This document shows positions 39,016 to 54,116 of a DNA stretch of 64,000 nt, piece after piece. The notes below the pieces were generated by a model, which was given only the letters and a program-made list of their open reading frames with translations, was not told where the DNA came from and searched no databases. This stretch comes from a bacterium. Lineage in GTDB: Bacteria; UBA8248. The translations under genes were made by a program, and so were the position numbers. The stretch spans positions 192,001 to 256,000 of the forward strand of contig CBDBZY010000064.1 in assembly GCA_965213685.1 (NCBI GenBank). The letters are read 5' to 3'. Each line of letters opens with the position of its first letter. Positions within the stretch are counted from its first letter, which is position 1.

Positions 39016-39387
39016 CCGTAGATCGGTCATTGTTAAAATATTTTCGTCTGTGTCTCTAACGACAAAAATTGAACGCGCGAAATATTTCCACGTAATACAC
39101 GCGAAATGTTTTCCACGTAGATCGTGAAACACTTCAGCGTGTACACGTGTGCAGAAATGGTTTTGTTGAGGTATATGAAACCAATCCGTTCTTTACCTGA
39201 TCTTAGATGAGACTCAATCCGTGTACGCAAGTGTACAAAGTCCGTAAAACGCCGCCTTAAATATAATTTTGTCGCGTTTAAAATTTCGTCATTTCGTCGG
39301 TGTGCTGCATGGAGCGACCAAAGTAAATTAACGCGAAAATATTTAACAGACGAAAGTTTCCACCGCTGATAATTTCCTGATCTACGG
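39016..39387. mobile_element. TA-flanked MITE CCGTAGATC...GATCTACGG
   Basis: Inverted termini with TA on both sides. Confidence 0.75.
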
Positions 39388-39749
39388 TATATAGTGTGTC
39401 AGATCAGGGGCGTAAGAAGATGCTTTCGATGGGGGGCTGACCTTGTGGGCGGCCCAACCTGTACCTGGGGGCATGTCTCCTCTGGAAATCACTTCAATGT
39501 GCACGCTCTGAAATCAGTTCTAGTGCATTCTGAGACAAACCCATATTATGAAAGTAAACTAGACAGCTACAGCTACTAAAAGTTTCAGCTAAAGCAGCGA
39601 ATATCTATAGCAGCATGCATGACAGTATCTATTACTAGTGCAGTAACTGGGGGTGTGGCCTTTACACACACATGGGGGGCTGTAGCCCCCCCAGCCCCCC
39701 TGCTTCTTACGCATTCTTGCAGATGTAGTACGAACAAAGATGCGGCAAC

Positions 39750-39960
39750 TAACCCTCTGCGTGCATGCGCAGCGAGGGTTACGGTAGTTACCCTCGGCGC
39801 GCATTCGCCAGGTATTACTACCTCCGTTTGTGTTTGTCCGCGGGAGCTAATCTGTGGACTGGCGCTAGTACACGTCTAACGGAAGGCACTAGCGGCTTGA
39901 GCGGCACATTTTTGAAAAGGCGTTATCTCTAACTGCTTCGTTCGAAAGTTAGAAGCATTA
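39750..39960 (+). mobile_element. Helentron/DINE-1-like (HINE) 5' fragment
   Basis: Palindromic head TAACCCTC..GCATGCGCAGCGAGGGTTA, followed by GTTT/GTCC-type simple repeat. Confidence 0.55.
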
Positions 39961-40254
39961 TCACGAAGTGCGGTAGCACTCTGTATATATAGGGATTGCC
40001 CATGTCACTCGGCATTAACCATTTTCACTATATGCACTTTACATTTCACATTGAGGAGATTAGTGTTAAGAATAGGTGAAAAGGAAACTGTAGTCAGAAA
40101 CTGGTGAAATGAAAAGCACTAAAGTGTAGACCATCGGCGCAGTTACATTACATGCTACAACAGACTGCACAGATGATGCAAGCATTGTTGGTTTAGGTCC
40201 ACTCAATTGGGCTATAGTCTAGTGTCGTGCCTTGTCTTGTCTAGGATATGTATT

Positions 40255-40687
40255 TTGAAGTTAGTAAAGGTGTTGGTGCTGAACTTAGAGAGAGACAACC
40301 TCTTGTATGGTAGTGTGGTACAACAAAAAGGCACACAAACAAGTATGAAAAACATTCTCCAAAAATGCATATATGGATGTAGGGATGGCAGTGCCAAAAA
40401 CCACATAAACTAGATATATGGATGTGCAGGCAACACAGATGACTACACAAGTAACCCCATCCCTACATCATTTTTAAAAATAGAACATGTATCTAAGATT
40501 TGTTGTCAGAGTACTGGAAACTGCTTTGGGCAAATAACAAAAATGAAAAATGATGTAGGGATGGGGTTACTTGTGTAGTCATTTATGTTGCCTGCACACT
40601 GCCATCCATATATCTAGTTTGTGTGGTTTTTGGCACTGCCATCCCTACATCCATATATACATTTTTGGAGAATGTTTTTCATACTTG
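40255..40687 (+). mobile_element. Helitron-like subfamily B, 3' part with fold-back 40340-40687
   Basis: Homologous to 48615-49022; ends CATACTTG|T. Confidence 0.78.
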
Positions 40688-40688
40688 T

Positions 40689-41321
40689 TTTTTCTTTTGG
40701 ATCAGCTACAAAATTGTCACTTTGTATATTGCCTTTATCGTACTCAACAACAAGTTTTTGTGAATCTCGTAATACCGCACCATAGAAATGTGAGTTTAAA
40801 TCTCCCTTTGTAACGTGAAAGGTAAATGCAATTGAGCTATTGTGATGATTGACATGTTCTTTGAGAAATGGCAGGATAGAAGCAGTCTATTGGTCAATCT
40901 TGTGGAGGATCAACGACAAGCACTTAATGCCATACCGGTATGTTTCCAGTAAACCTCTGATTCTCACTATTGCTTGGTCCAGTTGCGATATAGCTCCATA
41001 GTAATGGGTAACATCTTCTGAGTAATCTTGTTTTCTGTACATAGTGTAGTAGGGATCAAGAGCATAGTACACACGATGCACATCATGAAATGCAAGTACG
41101 ACAAAAAAGGCTTTTCACCAAAATGCGATTCTTGTAGGATTTTCTCAAACATGTCCACGAGGCTCCAGTTACAAAGTCATTGTAGGCCTGCAGCGTTTCT
41201 GACTCCATATACATGTAGTGATAATCTCTGCAGGATTTGTACGATCTCTTCTCAAGAGTGCAACTGAAGTGTTTAGAGCATAGACAGTTAGGTGCTACTG
41301 AGGGTGAGTCTCTGTCAGTTA
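40689..41321 (-). pseudogene. Inverted, deleted pseudogene of the adjacent sulfatase
   Basis: YYALDPYYTMYRKQDYSEDVTHYYGAISQLDQAI and VAPNCLCSKHFSC match the gene; frameshifts and internal deletions. Confidence 0.9.
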
Positions 41322-41339
41322 TTATTGTTATTATATCAT

Positions 41340-42240
41340 TATTATTGCTGTAAGAATAAGATATCAGCAATCTCAAGCTCCATCATAAGGGGTAGCATGT
41401 TAAGACTTAATTAGCAGACAATCATGATAATTCATTGATGCATCATCCATAATGAACTTTGTTGCTCTCCTTTGAACGGTTTCTAAGCTTTTAATGTCTG
41501 TTAAAAGATGAGGGTGCCACAGTGGTGAAGTTTGGAGTGAGCAAATGAAAGATAAAGTGAACACTTGACAAATCTGGGAGATCATTGATAAAAATTATCA
41601 AGAACAATAGTGGACCAAGTATATACTGCCTTGAGGTACGCCTGAAATTACAGACAAAGTAACAGACACTGACTAGCCAACTGCCACATACTGAGTTCTA
41701 TCTGCCAGGTAGGCTCAAAAACCATTCCCACAGACTGCCAGTGATTCCAAAATGCCAAAATTTGCATAGGAGCTCATTGTGGGCAACTGAATCAAAGGCT
41801 TTTCTGAAGTCCAAGTAAACCACATTAGATTTGTTGGATTATTAATGAGAGAAAAAGTAACTGTTGTAAGGTGGAATGTCCCCTTAGGAAACCAAATTGG
41901 ACTGTTGACACTGAACTTCTCACAAAGTCTATCATGCCATTGTAATGCCATTGTAGACAATCTTCTCTAGGAGACTGTCTACAATCCTACTACCCTACTA
42001 ATATGGGCCTAGTTCTTTTCATCATTTTTATTGCCAGATTTAAATAATATTAAGTGCTTACTCCACTCACGAGGCACATAGTGTTGACATAAACTCAAGG
42101 AGAAAAGGTGATACAGAGGTTGATATAAAGGAAGTGCATAGTGCTTTAAGAGTTAATTTAGGGCTGATTTCATCACAATATGCACAATTGAGCACATCTA
42201 GAGATGACAAGACATGAGATGAGTTACTAACCACTGGTCA
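41340..42240 (-). mobile_element. Decayed CR1-like LINE RT fragments
   Basis: LWHPHLLTDIKSLETVQRRATKF; YLDFRKAF-like and GVPQGSILGP-like remnants. Confidence 0.7.
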
Positions 42241-43385
42241 AAACCATGCATGCCAGGATGCGGACACAGGCCACTTCTTGTTACACCCTTCAATAACTTT
42301 CAAATCACCAACATAATATCATGCAACAAGCCACTCAAAGTTTGGCAGCATTCGCCCTTGGAACATGTGAGTTGAAGTGTCATGTGCTCTTGTCTCTCTA
42401 GCTGGCACTCTGCACTGGAACTGAAGTAGACTCTGTAATATGTGCCACTCTCTTTGGTCTCATTGAGGGAGGGGGTAAGGGAGGGACAGAGGTATGAGAG
42501 AGAGGGAGAGAGGGAGGGAGGGAGGGGGTATAGTGACTTGAGTATTATGTGGAATTGTGCAATGCTGGGATGTTTATGGGCATGCTCCTCCCGGAGTTAT
42601 TGGTCCTCTGAGACAGATTCTGACACAAGGTGTGGGGGAAAACCTATTTCTCAGAGTCCTTATTATCAGGGAGTGGGTAAACTCTCTTTGTAGGGATTGT
42701 GACAACACACCCAATGCATGTAGCTACATACAAAAACTTTTTCCAAACTCACAACTGCTTGTGCTCAAGTTCACGTTCACCCCTCCCCCTCCCCTTGATA
42801 TTTCCACCCCTGATTGACTACTGCAACCATTTCCTGTGATATGCTTGTTTCATCTACACACAAAAGTGTAGAAGTGGGGTCTATCTCTGCATTGCTTGAG
42901 AAGTTGCCATAGTTCGCCACTGCCATTCCTACATCTCTGTTCATTTTTGAACAAACTAATGATATTCACTTGTTCAACCACAATTTGTAGCTGGAAAGCC
43001 TGCTTGTGTAAACATAAGGTGTTTTCCAAAAAATTCATAAAGTCCCAAAAAGCAAGGACATTAAACCATTGCATAGGATATGTACACTATTACTGTTACA
43101 ATGGACATGTGTACAAATAGTGTCTGGGACACCACCAGGTTTTACCATAACATTCAATAGAATTTTAGGAGTGAGATGAGTGTTGTGAGTACAAGTGAAT
43201 GATCTTCAACAAATGTTTTGAAGACACCTGTCTGATACTCTAAACTGTCACACTGTGGCAACATGCAGGTATGAAGAAAGTGCTTGGCCTGTCTCAAAGT
43301 GTAGCGGAGGAGATTTTTGTTGTGAACATAGGACTACCTATAACACACAATTTGCATAAGCATTTTTTCTTCATTGTATTGAGTA

Positions 43386-43477
43386 CAGAGTCCAGTGTAT
43401 AGCTCATTTATCTTGGGAAGTTGGGAACTGTCTAGACAACAGTTCCCAAGATAAATTAGCTATACACTGGACCCTCT
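43386..43477. repeat. ~90 bp hairpin (collapsed TIR element)
   Basis: TCCAGTGTATAGCT.ATTTATCTTGGGAA (43391-43419) is inverted at 43443-43471. Confidence 0.75.
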
Positions 43478-43957
43478 ATCTACCTCACACGTTTCTTGAT
43501 GTTCTTTAGTTATACACTCACAGTAGAGTCAGCACCACAAGTATAATTTAACTATACTGCATGGCTGGAATCAATTTGCGAACAGAATATTGGCCAAAAA
43601 GAAGCATCCGTGGTTGTTGAGTGAGCAAGATGACAATAGCATGCATGAACATATATGCAGTTCCATCCTTTATGTCTGATGTCTACCTCAACAGGAGGTG
43701 CATCTCTTCAGCAGTTTTGGCATCATATATACAGAAGGCATTAAGCTACATGAAGGTAGGCAAAGCTTTCAACATGCACAGAAAAACTACCAGTATATAC
43801 CAAGGGTACTGTGAGTATTGCATTTACAGGTGGTATTATTTGTGTTAGTAAGTGAATGTACCAAATACAAAAAGAACTATGATATTACAAAAAAATATTA
43901 TTACAAAAAGTATGTGGTTCATTACAGTAATGACTCATGAGCTGCATACTGACATTC

Positions 43958-45694
43958 TTATGGCAAGTTAGGAAGTGTTCGATACAATGTGGAATTCTGC
44001 AGTCTATCTGGTAGTGACTCAGTTATACCTTTGGGTTGTCGATGAAATACAGCCGAGATAATGTTGCAAAATTTTGTTCTCACTAAGTGTATATGTCCCA
44101 GCATGTGGTATCCTAGAGTAGATAGGGCTAATATGTGTGGTAATGTAGCCAGTGATGTAAATACTATTGCAAGTGAACGGTCAGTCATGATATGACCATC
44201 CAACCAAATAACAACAATTCCTGATAAAAAACCAATAATTGCAAAGTGAAATGTGAGAGAAAAGTTCATGTACAATGTTTTGAAAGGCCTAATGCATGCA
44301 ATAACACCAGAAAGACATAAGAATGAAAAACCAAAGGATGCATGAATGTATACATGCCACTCAAATGTATTATGGGTATATAAGTTACCCATTGGTACTA
44401 TAAGTAAAATCAACCACATTGGTGCTGATGACAGGAATCTGAAATCAAATGTTTTGTTCATTCCATCCTTGTAGCAGCTTTCAAAGGTTTCCACAAATGT
44501 GTTGACGACTAGTTGTGTTCTTGAACCTAATAGGCAGCACTTAGTGAAGATTCTACTGCGGTATAGACATAAAAATATTGTAGGGCACAAGCCAAGGAAG
44601 AACAGTAGTACTGTTGCTGTGACTACATATGGGAGGTGCTCTGAACTGAGACTCCTTATAGTTGGATCAAGGACCAGAACAGTACTTGTGATGGTCCCAT
44701 TCATATTCCACACAGGAGTTGAAAAGGTCAGACTAGCTGACGTAAAGCAGAGGCCCCAAAATGAAAGAAAAAAGAATGTTGCATATGCATGAACAATGGA
44801 GTCACTAACGCTCCATTTCCTCCTCATTTTTACAAAGCATCTGTGGAAAGGCTTCCAGAGGTAAACTGCCACTCTGAAGTTTCGTGAACGCAGTTCAATG
44901 CACATCCAGGATACAAAAATCAGCAGAAGTGGGTATATAACATAAATGTACTGTAACAGAACTACTTGCAGACTCGTCATTCCTTCGTGAAAACACAGAG
45001 GTTTAAAAATATATATAAAAGTTTGAAAATACCACCAAACCTCTGAAAATGAGAGTGAAAAATGCAAAGCAAACCTGCCACAAGTACCCATGCTATCATA
45101 CATGGAGTAATAGAATCCACTGTATATTTTTGCAACTACCACATAGCCCTGACAAAATAATACATACCCCAGAGCTTTCCCAGATGCAAAGTTTAGACGA
45201 AATGTGATGACAAGGACAAAGAATATGGTTATGGGAAACATTATCAGCAGTACAGACACACCAGCAGCAAATAGGCTGCTGCACTTGGTGCACTGACTTA
45301 TCAAAGAATTGATGGCTACACCATGTCCATTCTCACACTGGCCACACAGCAAGCCTTGCAGGTGATGGTCCTCACATGCTTTATTCAGTTCTTTAGGTCT
45401 CCTAGGCAGGGTAGTAAATGCTCGGATACTCTCTTGGTAACTGGTGAGATTTGGTGTGTATAGATAGCCACAATATCCCATTTGCAGCTCTTGAGATACG
45501 TTATCATAAGTCATACAGAAGTTCATAGCAATTGATACCCTCTGGTTTTCTTTATCACACCTGATCTGTCCTCCAAGTTCATCACCACATTCACAGGATC
45601 CATTAGCACTCTTTTTGAACCAAGTGGGGCAATGGCTGACTGCAGAGCTGACTGCCACTAGCAGAAACAGACATAAAGGTAAGGCCCGACTCAT
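43958..45694 (-). CDS. Single-exon signal-peptide, Cys-rich ectodomain, multipass membrane protein (578 aa), of a type expanded in sponges
   Basis: Signal peptide; CPTWF..CECG..C..CMTY..GYC..C..GLLCGQC..C..C; many hydrophobic helices; FESCYKDG..DFRFLS; LPDRL tail; intact ORF. Confidence 0.88.
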   Translation of the reverse strand: MSRALPLCLFLLVAVSSAVSHCPTWFKKSANGSCECGDELGGQIRCDKENQRVSIAMNFCMTYDNVSQELQMGYCGYLYTPNLTSYQESIRAFTTLPRRPKELNKACEDHHLQGLLCGQCENGHGVAINSLISQCTKCSSLFAAGVSVLLIMFPITIFFVLVITFRLNFASGKALGYVLFCQGYVVVAKIYSGFYYSMYDSMGTCGRFALHFSLSFSEVWWYFQTFIYIFKPLCFHEGMTSLQVVLLQYIYVIYPLLLIFVSWMCIELRSRNFRVAVYLWKPFHRCFVKMRRKWSVSDSIVHAYATFFFLSFWGLCFTSASLTFSTPVWNMNGTITSTVLVLDPTIRSLSSEHLPYVVTATVLLFFLGLCPTIFLCLYRSRIFTKCCLLGSRTQLVVNTFVETFESCYKDGMNKTFDFRFLSSAPMWLILLIVPMGNLYTHNTFEWHVYIHASFGFSFLCLSGVIACIRPFKTLYMNFSLTFHFAIIGFLSGIVVIWLDGHIMTDRSLAIVFTSLATLPHILALSTLGYHMLGHIHLVRTKFCNIISAVFHRQPKGITESLPDRLQNSTLYRTLPNLP

Positions 45695-45904
45695 TGCTAG
45701 CTTCAGTTCTCACTGCTATTCTGCACAATAATGGAAGCTATATACTGAAACTGCCTGTTTATCAAGAGCTACCCAAGGTATACATGCAAAACGAAAGTTT
45801 ACATAAATCATAATGTTCACAATTTTCACTATCCAGTACTCACAAACGTTGGGGGGCCATGTAAATTGTACTCTTAACTACTACAAACTTTATCTGAGCC
45901 ACAG

Positions 45905-46802
45905 GATAAGGCAACATTGTGATTGTGTAGTACAGCCGTTTGAATGCTCTTTGCACCTCCTATACTGCAGATGAAACATGGAAGTAATTAGTTAGAAGTC
46001 AATTAGTTTCTGCAAGCTGTAGATATGCAACCCACATAACAAACATTTTTGCTAAAGAACAGTCCTATTTTTCAGTGCAAAAATTTTGGGAAATACTACA
46101 GTAGTGATTACAGTCAACCCTGGTGGAGCCAGGTGGGGGCGAAGCCTCCTCATCAGTGCTCCCAACCTCCTCATCAGCGCTCCCAACTTCGACCCTCTCC
46201 TGTGACTTGGGCGGGTATCCTCTCAGTCTCCTCTGCAGCTAAGTGCTGTTTTATAAGAATGAGATGTGGACAACTGATATGCCCAGGACACACCGTCACT
46301 TTCTGCTGCCATGGAAAGTTATATGGCTCATCTTCTCTCTTCTCCTATTTCACCTACCCCTTCCTCACTTGTTTTCTCTTTCTAACTTCTCTAAATGAAG
46401 CTGCCCCACACCTGCCTATTGACAACAGGTACACACTCCAACAGAGTAGACATGTCCATGCAGTACCATTCACAATATGTATATACCATTCACAGTACGT
46501 GTGCATGTTCTACATTCAAATACATGCACATACATGTCCACATATTGTGCACACCAAATGTTAGAACATATAGACTTTATGCTTAGAGCATTTAGTCACA
46601 CCCCTTGTCACATGCATTAACAATCCTCTGTTGACTCTCTTCTCACTTCAGTTCCATAAGCACAACATGAGGGTGGTGACTCCAAACCCTCATTATACGT
46701 TGTGGGGAGATAAAGCAATGTTGTGATTGTGTAGTACAGCTGTTTGAATGTTCATTGCACCTCCTATACTGCAGATGAAACATGGAAGTAATTAATTAAA
46801 AG
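45905..46802 (+). repeat. Pair of ~95-bp direct repeats (45905-45998, 46709-46802) upstream of the membrane gene
   Basis: TTGTGATTGTGTAGTACAGC..TTGCACCTCCTATACTGCAGATGAAACATGGAAGTAATTA occurs twice. Confidence 0.75.
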
Positions 46803-47775
46803 CTATTCACTGGACAGTGTTTCTATGAAGCAACATAATATTATGCATATGTTTGGATGGTGAATATCCATGCACACTGATGAAACAAGATCCACTGTCC
46901 TGACAGAGGCAAAATTTTAATTTCAAGTGAACTTCACATGAATTGCTTGTATGCTTTATTGTATACTCTGGTAGGTGTTCTGATCTCTATATACCACTAT
47001 CTAATCTAGTACACTACTAGCTTTGTAACTGCATGAAGTCAGCTGAACACCAGGAGTGTGGAAGGGTACAAGTTCTTCATGGATGGATGGGTATTTGAGA
47101 CAATGTGGAAGCTGTTTGGTCTACGTTGAAAGAATGAAAAATGTCTACGCAGTCAGTCACTTAGCACTGAGACCATGGCATTAGAATGGCATGGTGGAAT
47201 GTATACATTGCACGTGCAAGGCCAGTCTAACAAAGACTTGCTCCCATGTTGCCGCTACACCTCAGCTCTTCAGAGGAAAGTAAAATGGTGCCGAGTCGTG
47301 AACAGAGCTTGCGGAAACTCTGAACCCACAAGACCTATTTCTTCTCCAATTACATTTACAGCTCATATGTCTTTGCCCTGCAGAAGTAAACTGACATCAC
47401 GAAAATGATGCCAGTGCAGCTGCTCTACAAGTCCATGCAGACTTCACTTCCATAAACTAAGATTTGCAATTTCTTTTTCACAAAATACGTACATATGTGA
47501 GAATTGATTAATCTTCCATTACGTAGGTAAATGTTGCCTTGGTGGACTCTTTGAAAAAGTAATTTTTGTTTTCCTGAAAAGAGAAGAGGTTACTATCAAC
47601 ATTATGTTACTTACGTAAGTGCTGATTAAATTATTACTTAACATACAATATATGTAAAGAATGTAGATAGACACTTGAAGTGCTAAATCCTCTGCTTAAT
47701 GGCAAAAAATGCTGAATACAACTCTTTCAGTTGAAACTGCTTGCACACATGCACCATATGAACACCTCAAACTTA

Positions 47776-49022
<1,247 letters not shown>

Positions 49023-50046
49023 TATTAGATGGGACACACCTATTTTCAAGTATTGCATATATGACAGCCTTCTTAAACTCCCGAGTGGTCAGGGGCTAAG
49101 CCTTTGTGGATGCCAAATTAATGATACAGTTAGCTAATACCCCACAGTAAGTATGCAGACAAAAACCAGCTAAGCTGCTGATTTATTGAAGATTAACTCA
49201 TAACTGGCATCACTGTTGGAGGCCATTTCCAACTCTACCTTGTGGCATTTGCATGATGTTGTTCTCATGCACAGAGAGTTGCTTGTGCGTACTTTAGTAT
49301 ATATACAAAAGCAAATATACTCCTTAGCAGCATACTGCATAGAGTGAGGGTTGATCTATTCCCATTGAATTGCTATATATACAGTGGTGAAACAATATCA
49401 AAAGGGACAAGAATGTAGGAAGCAATGCAACACTTTGCACTACATGCAAGGCAGAGATGTGATGAAATGCAATAGAATTTTAATACAATCACTGTGTGTC
49501 TCGTAACTTTTATGGTGAATGTTGGCAGATATACTCAGAAGACTCAGAAGAGCACGAGTAAATTGTATGGGTGTACAATTGTGAAGTTATGCATGTGTAC
49601 ACAGTGAAAAATCTAGGGAATTGGTTAACTTATTGCTGCATGTATAATCATAACCTTCTTTACAAATTTGCACTGCTTACCCTACATTTCAATATCAGTG
49701 TACACAAAACTCTTCATCATGGATCCAACATGGATATTACATTAGGCACCATTGACTATTGAATAAAACTGGTGAAAGGAAAGCTTAATAATAGTAGCGA
49801 AGTTACACTTGCAAACCATTCTATATTCATGATACAACCTATGGGAGAAATAACATACCCACACAGAGCTCAGCATGTTGCTACAATGTCCTTTTCTGTG
49901 TACGTCTCTAGTATATAATAGTTAATGTGTACATTTGTGTTTGAATGTGGTTTTAGCACATGCCTGCAGCTAAACATGCACAATGTCATGAATAGGCATA
50001 TATACCACAGTACATATTCTGTAGCGTCAGTACATGCACAACTTAC

Positions 50047-50130
50047 AACGCTAGGTTCACCAGTACTGCCTTCACACACAGCAGCCTTACATGGCATGAA
50101 TGAAAACTCGTACTTATTGTTGCTGTAACA
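50047..50130 (-). pseudogene. Orphan exon paralogous to M6PR-like exon 56475-56568
   Basis: NKYEFSFMPCKAAVCEGSTGEPSV|GTAAGT; out of phase with its acceptor. Confidence 0.7.
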
Positions 50131-50204
50131 CTGAATAAGGAAAAAGAAGTATTTTTGCAAATGACACCATGCAGGCAAGTATACTTTGGCATAGTCCAAT
50201 ATAT

Positions 50205-50841
50205 AACAAGTGTTCATAGAGCGCATACCCCGTGCGCATGTACAATACAGGTGTGGTGCAGATGCACTGAAGTATAGGTGTTGCCATTGTATTACATTTT
50301 GAATATATAGACAGTTCGAAGAACAAGTAGCTAAAGCACAGCATGGGTAGGTAAGTAGGTGGCTACGATATAGGCTACTAACTTCGTGTTGGCTCGAGAC
50401 ATACAGTGAGAGAATGTTACGACTCTGCGCTATCTAACTAGATCTATAGCTGTTGCCATTGCATGTGCATGTGGTGCAGATGTACTAAAGTATAGGTGTT
50501 GGCATTGTATCAGAAGAGAGCTTTTCATACTACACACAACTCTACGTACCGTCACGAACGTGAAACGGAGGTATACGAAACATTGCGTGAACGAAATGGC
50601 GGACTCGAGCCAGCCGGGTGAGTTTCTAACGCTGCTAACTCTCGAACGAAGCAGTTTTAGAGAAAACGCCACTTTACAGGCAACTTTTTTCACGAGATCT
50701 ATCTGTCAGGATTTAAACGAGCCCTTGAACCTTCCTCAAACGCGCAAACGGCCCAAAAAGAGCGGACAAACAAACTTTCAAACAAACAAACTGACAGCAG
50801 AACACTATACCCCTGCTGCGCATGCGCGCGCACGGGGTAAC
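50205..50841 (-). mobile_element. Helentron/DINE-1-like (HINE) element
   Basis: Minus: TACCCCGTGCGCGCATGCGCAGCAGGGGTA head, (GTTT)n, and matching 3' subTIR GCGCACGGGGTA. Confidence 0.68.
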
Positions 50842-51177
50842 TACCAGACCATCTGACCAGTACTTTGGGCCACCAGCGCTGACACCACGTATACAGGAAG
50901 GAAATTCAAACCACGTGTCTCCGATTTCCTCACAATCATTTTACACTGATGCTGCGAGAGCAGTTCTGAGTCAGCTATACCCTGGAGTTCCAGGGTGGAA
51001 TGACCATATAGCTCTGGTCACTTCTGATGCAGGTGCAGTCAATAGCATCAAAGGGCTGAATGGCCATACATTGTGCCTCCATACAATCTGTGCCCCACCC
51101 TTTTTGTCGTTTTGCGAGGAAATTAAATTAGCCACTAGAGCGACCTCATAGGAACTTAGCCTGCACACGCGCGAGCG

Positions 51178-51339
<162 letters not shown>

Positions 51340-52499
51340 CAAATCACACGTGCATAAACACAGAGTACCATGCATCAGCAAAGCTACAGTGGTAGTTGAA
51401 TTGCCCCAATCCTCATACAATACGCAGGTATACTTTGCTATAGTGCTAGTTATAGTCCTTAGAGGCTATAGGTACACGTATATATACAGTATAAACTCAC
51501 GGAAACGAAAGCCCGATGTGGTTGAGATTAACTGTCAGTTTTTTAATTAATTAAATTTTTTTTATAACAATGTATGCAAAAGGCAAAGGATATGCAATAG
51601 AAATAACCTAATGCAAGTGCACACCCCACACTTACTAATCTAAATGTAAAGTATTATATCACTAGTGCATAACTTAATCATAATAATTATATGCAACGTT
51701 TAAAATGGTTCGGTGATAAGGTCACTACTGACTCAGGCAACTCATACCATGCTTGGGCTGTGTGTGGCACAAAGGAAAATTTATATGCATTGGTTCGTGT
51801 GTATATGGCAGGAATATTCTGTTCATTCTTTCACAAAAGTTTTGCCTCAGAGTAACAAAGTTGGGAGGGCTATAGCAAAGACCATGAACAATTTCAAACT
51901 AGTGCACAGGCTGGATTGGACTTGATGATCCTGTAGTGGTGTGAGTTCCACTAGCTGTAGGAGGTCTTGGTAGCCTAGGTCCCATTGCCAAGTGATCATT
52001 TTTATTCTCCACCTCTTCAAGTTGTTTAAAACATGTTCTGAAATAAAAGTTCCAATTCTGATTTGCTGATATCGTTCACTTTTTGTGAACTTACAAAACA
52101 TTTGCTGAAAATTTTATCATTTTAAGCCAAAATCTAGTAAAGGAAATGGTTAAATTGTAGTCTGTTTTACTTAAATTTTGATAAATATTTGCTATTTACA
52201 AAAAGATCACAAATGTGTGAACAATCATTTCTTACTTAAATGAGTGGAAGAATGGAAGTTTATAAATTCACAAATTTGTGAACAATCAATTTGCTTTAAA
52301 AAATTGGAAGAATGGAAGTTAAAAATTCACAAATTTGGAAGAATTGAAGTTAAAAATTCACAAATTTGATAATTCAACTGTTCGGAAAATGGTACATTTG
52401 TTGTCCATTTTGAACATTTTGCAGTAATTTTACCAAAATAGAAGATATTACACTAAAATGCTGTTTTTCTGTCAGTTTTTCCACAGTAATTGCAAATCA

Positions 52500-53290
52500 G
52501 AATGGGAACTTTTAGTTCAGACTGTGTTTTAGTGTTCTTTTTCAGATAAGGGTTCCATACTGGACTTGCATATTCAAGGTGTGGTCTAACAAGGGAGATA
52601 TACAGCTGCAACAAGGCTTCACTACTGGTGTTCTTGTAAAATTTTCTATACAGGAGACCATGCAAGTATATATCTTTCTAGCTTTAGTGCAAATAGTCTC
52701 TATGTGTTGTGAGAAATATAGGTTACTGGAAAGCAGCACACCCAACTTCCCAACTACTTGAAGCTTTCAACTTGCTCTAAATGTAGGCCATCAAGGGTCA
52801 ATATGGAAGAGTAGGATTGAGACTTCTTCCTCAAAACTATCATGGATTTGCACTTAGAGGTGTTTAACATCAGATGATTACTTTGTGTCCATTTTTCTAC
52901 AGATGCTACATCATTCTGTAGATGTTGGATATCCACCTGATCTTTGACTGGTTGGAATAGTAGGAGATCACCAGCATATAGCACACACTGACTACCATCA
53001 GTCAGGGGTAGGCATGCCAAGTCATCCGCATAAATAAGAAACAACAGTGGCCCGAGCACCGAGCCCTGTGGTACACCTGAAACAACTGTTTTAGAAGAGG
53101 AACACTCTCCATTTACCACTACGTTTTGCTCCCTGTTGGTGAGATAATCTGTAATCCATCTAAAAACATGGGGGTTCACTCCAGTCCATTCAAGTTTGTC
53201 AATCAGAGTTTTATGTGGAAATGATTCGAAGGCTTTGCGCAAGTCAAAGAACACAGCAGCAACATCTCTACCTTCTTCTAATATCCTTAT
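52500..53290 (-). mobile_element. CR1/L2-like LINE RT fragment
   Basis: FFDLRKAF, SGVPQGSVLGPLLFLIY, LVRPHLEYASPVWNP. Confidence 0.88.
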
Positions 53291-54116
53291 GTTATTGCTG
53301 TGCCGACAAATAACCATATATTTCATCAAAATCTACTCTGAGTCACTACAAGCATGCCAAAATTTGGCATAATAAATTACAGCTACATTGAATAGCGTGT
53401 ATGTGAATCACCAAGTTTTGTAATTGGCTATTACTGTCTTGACTTTCTTACTGTCAGCACATACTTTTCAGACCCATATACCACATTTGATTTTGTCGTG
53501 GCATTTTATATGCAGCCAGTGCTCATTTCCATCGTTGATCCCCTTCCTCTAGCTCCTACACCTGAGGTCCCAGATTAGTGCATGGTTGTAGGACTAAGTC
53601 CTTGAAATTGTATACTATAGACTGTACATAGTGGGAATGGCATATTGGAGGAAACAAGAGTTCTCCTGCACTGCAATCTTCTTAAATTTTGATGGTTGCT
53701 TGGATGGCTGAGAACCTGTGAATCCTAGCTGATGTTAGCATTATTTTTACCAAATGTTCTGTCAACTGTTGGAAATCCCGTTCCCTTGCCAGTGGTGACA
53801 TTATACTAGAGACAAAAGGCACTGCATAAGTGCAGAATAGAGTCCTTTAGTAAACACCTGAAATTAATATTATTTTTGGTTATCAGAGAGCTAGTAGACT
53901 CCCTTACCGACTCTCTATGTTGCCAACACGTCTGTAGTACGTAAACTTGGTATGACAGTACAAGCACTCCTATTCATCATTGACAGACTTATTCACACAT
54001 CCTGTTGAGGTTTTATCAACACAATATATACATCAGTATAATACACTCTTCACTATGTATATATAACTTGTACACTTCATGGCTACGCTACCAACTCTTC
54101 AGTGCATGAAATATAA

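Noticed and set aside
52200-52385. AT-rich ATTCACAAATTTG..GAAG repeats
   Set aside because: Degenerate minisatellite, probably internal to an old transposon; no supportable ends or function.
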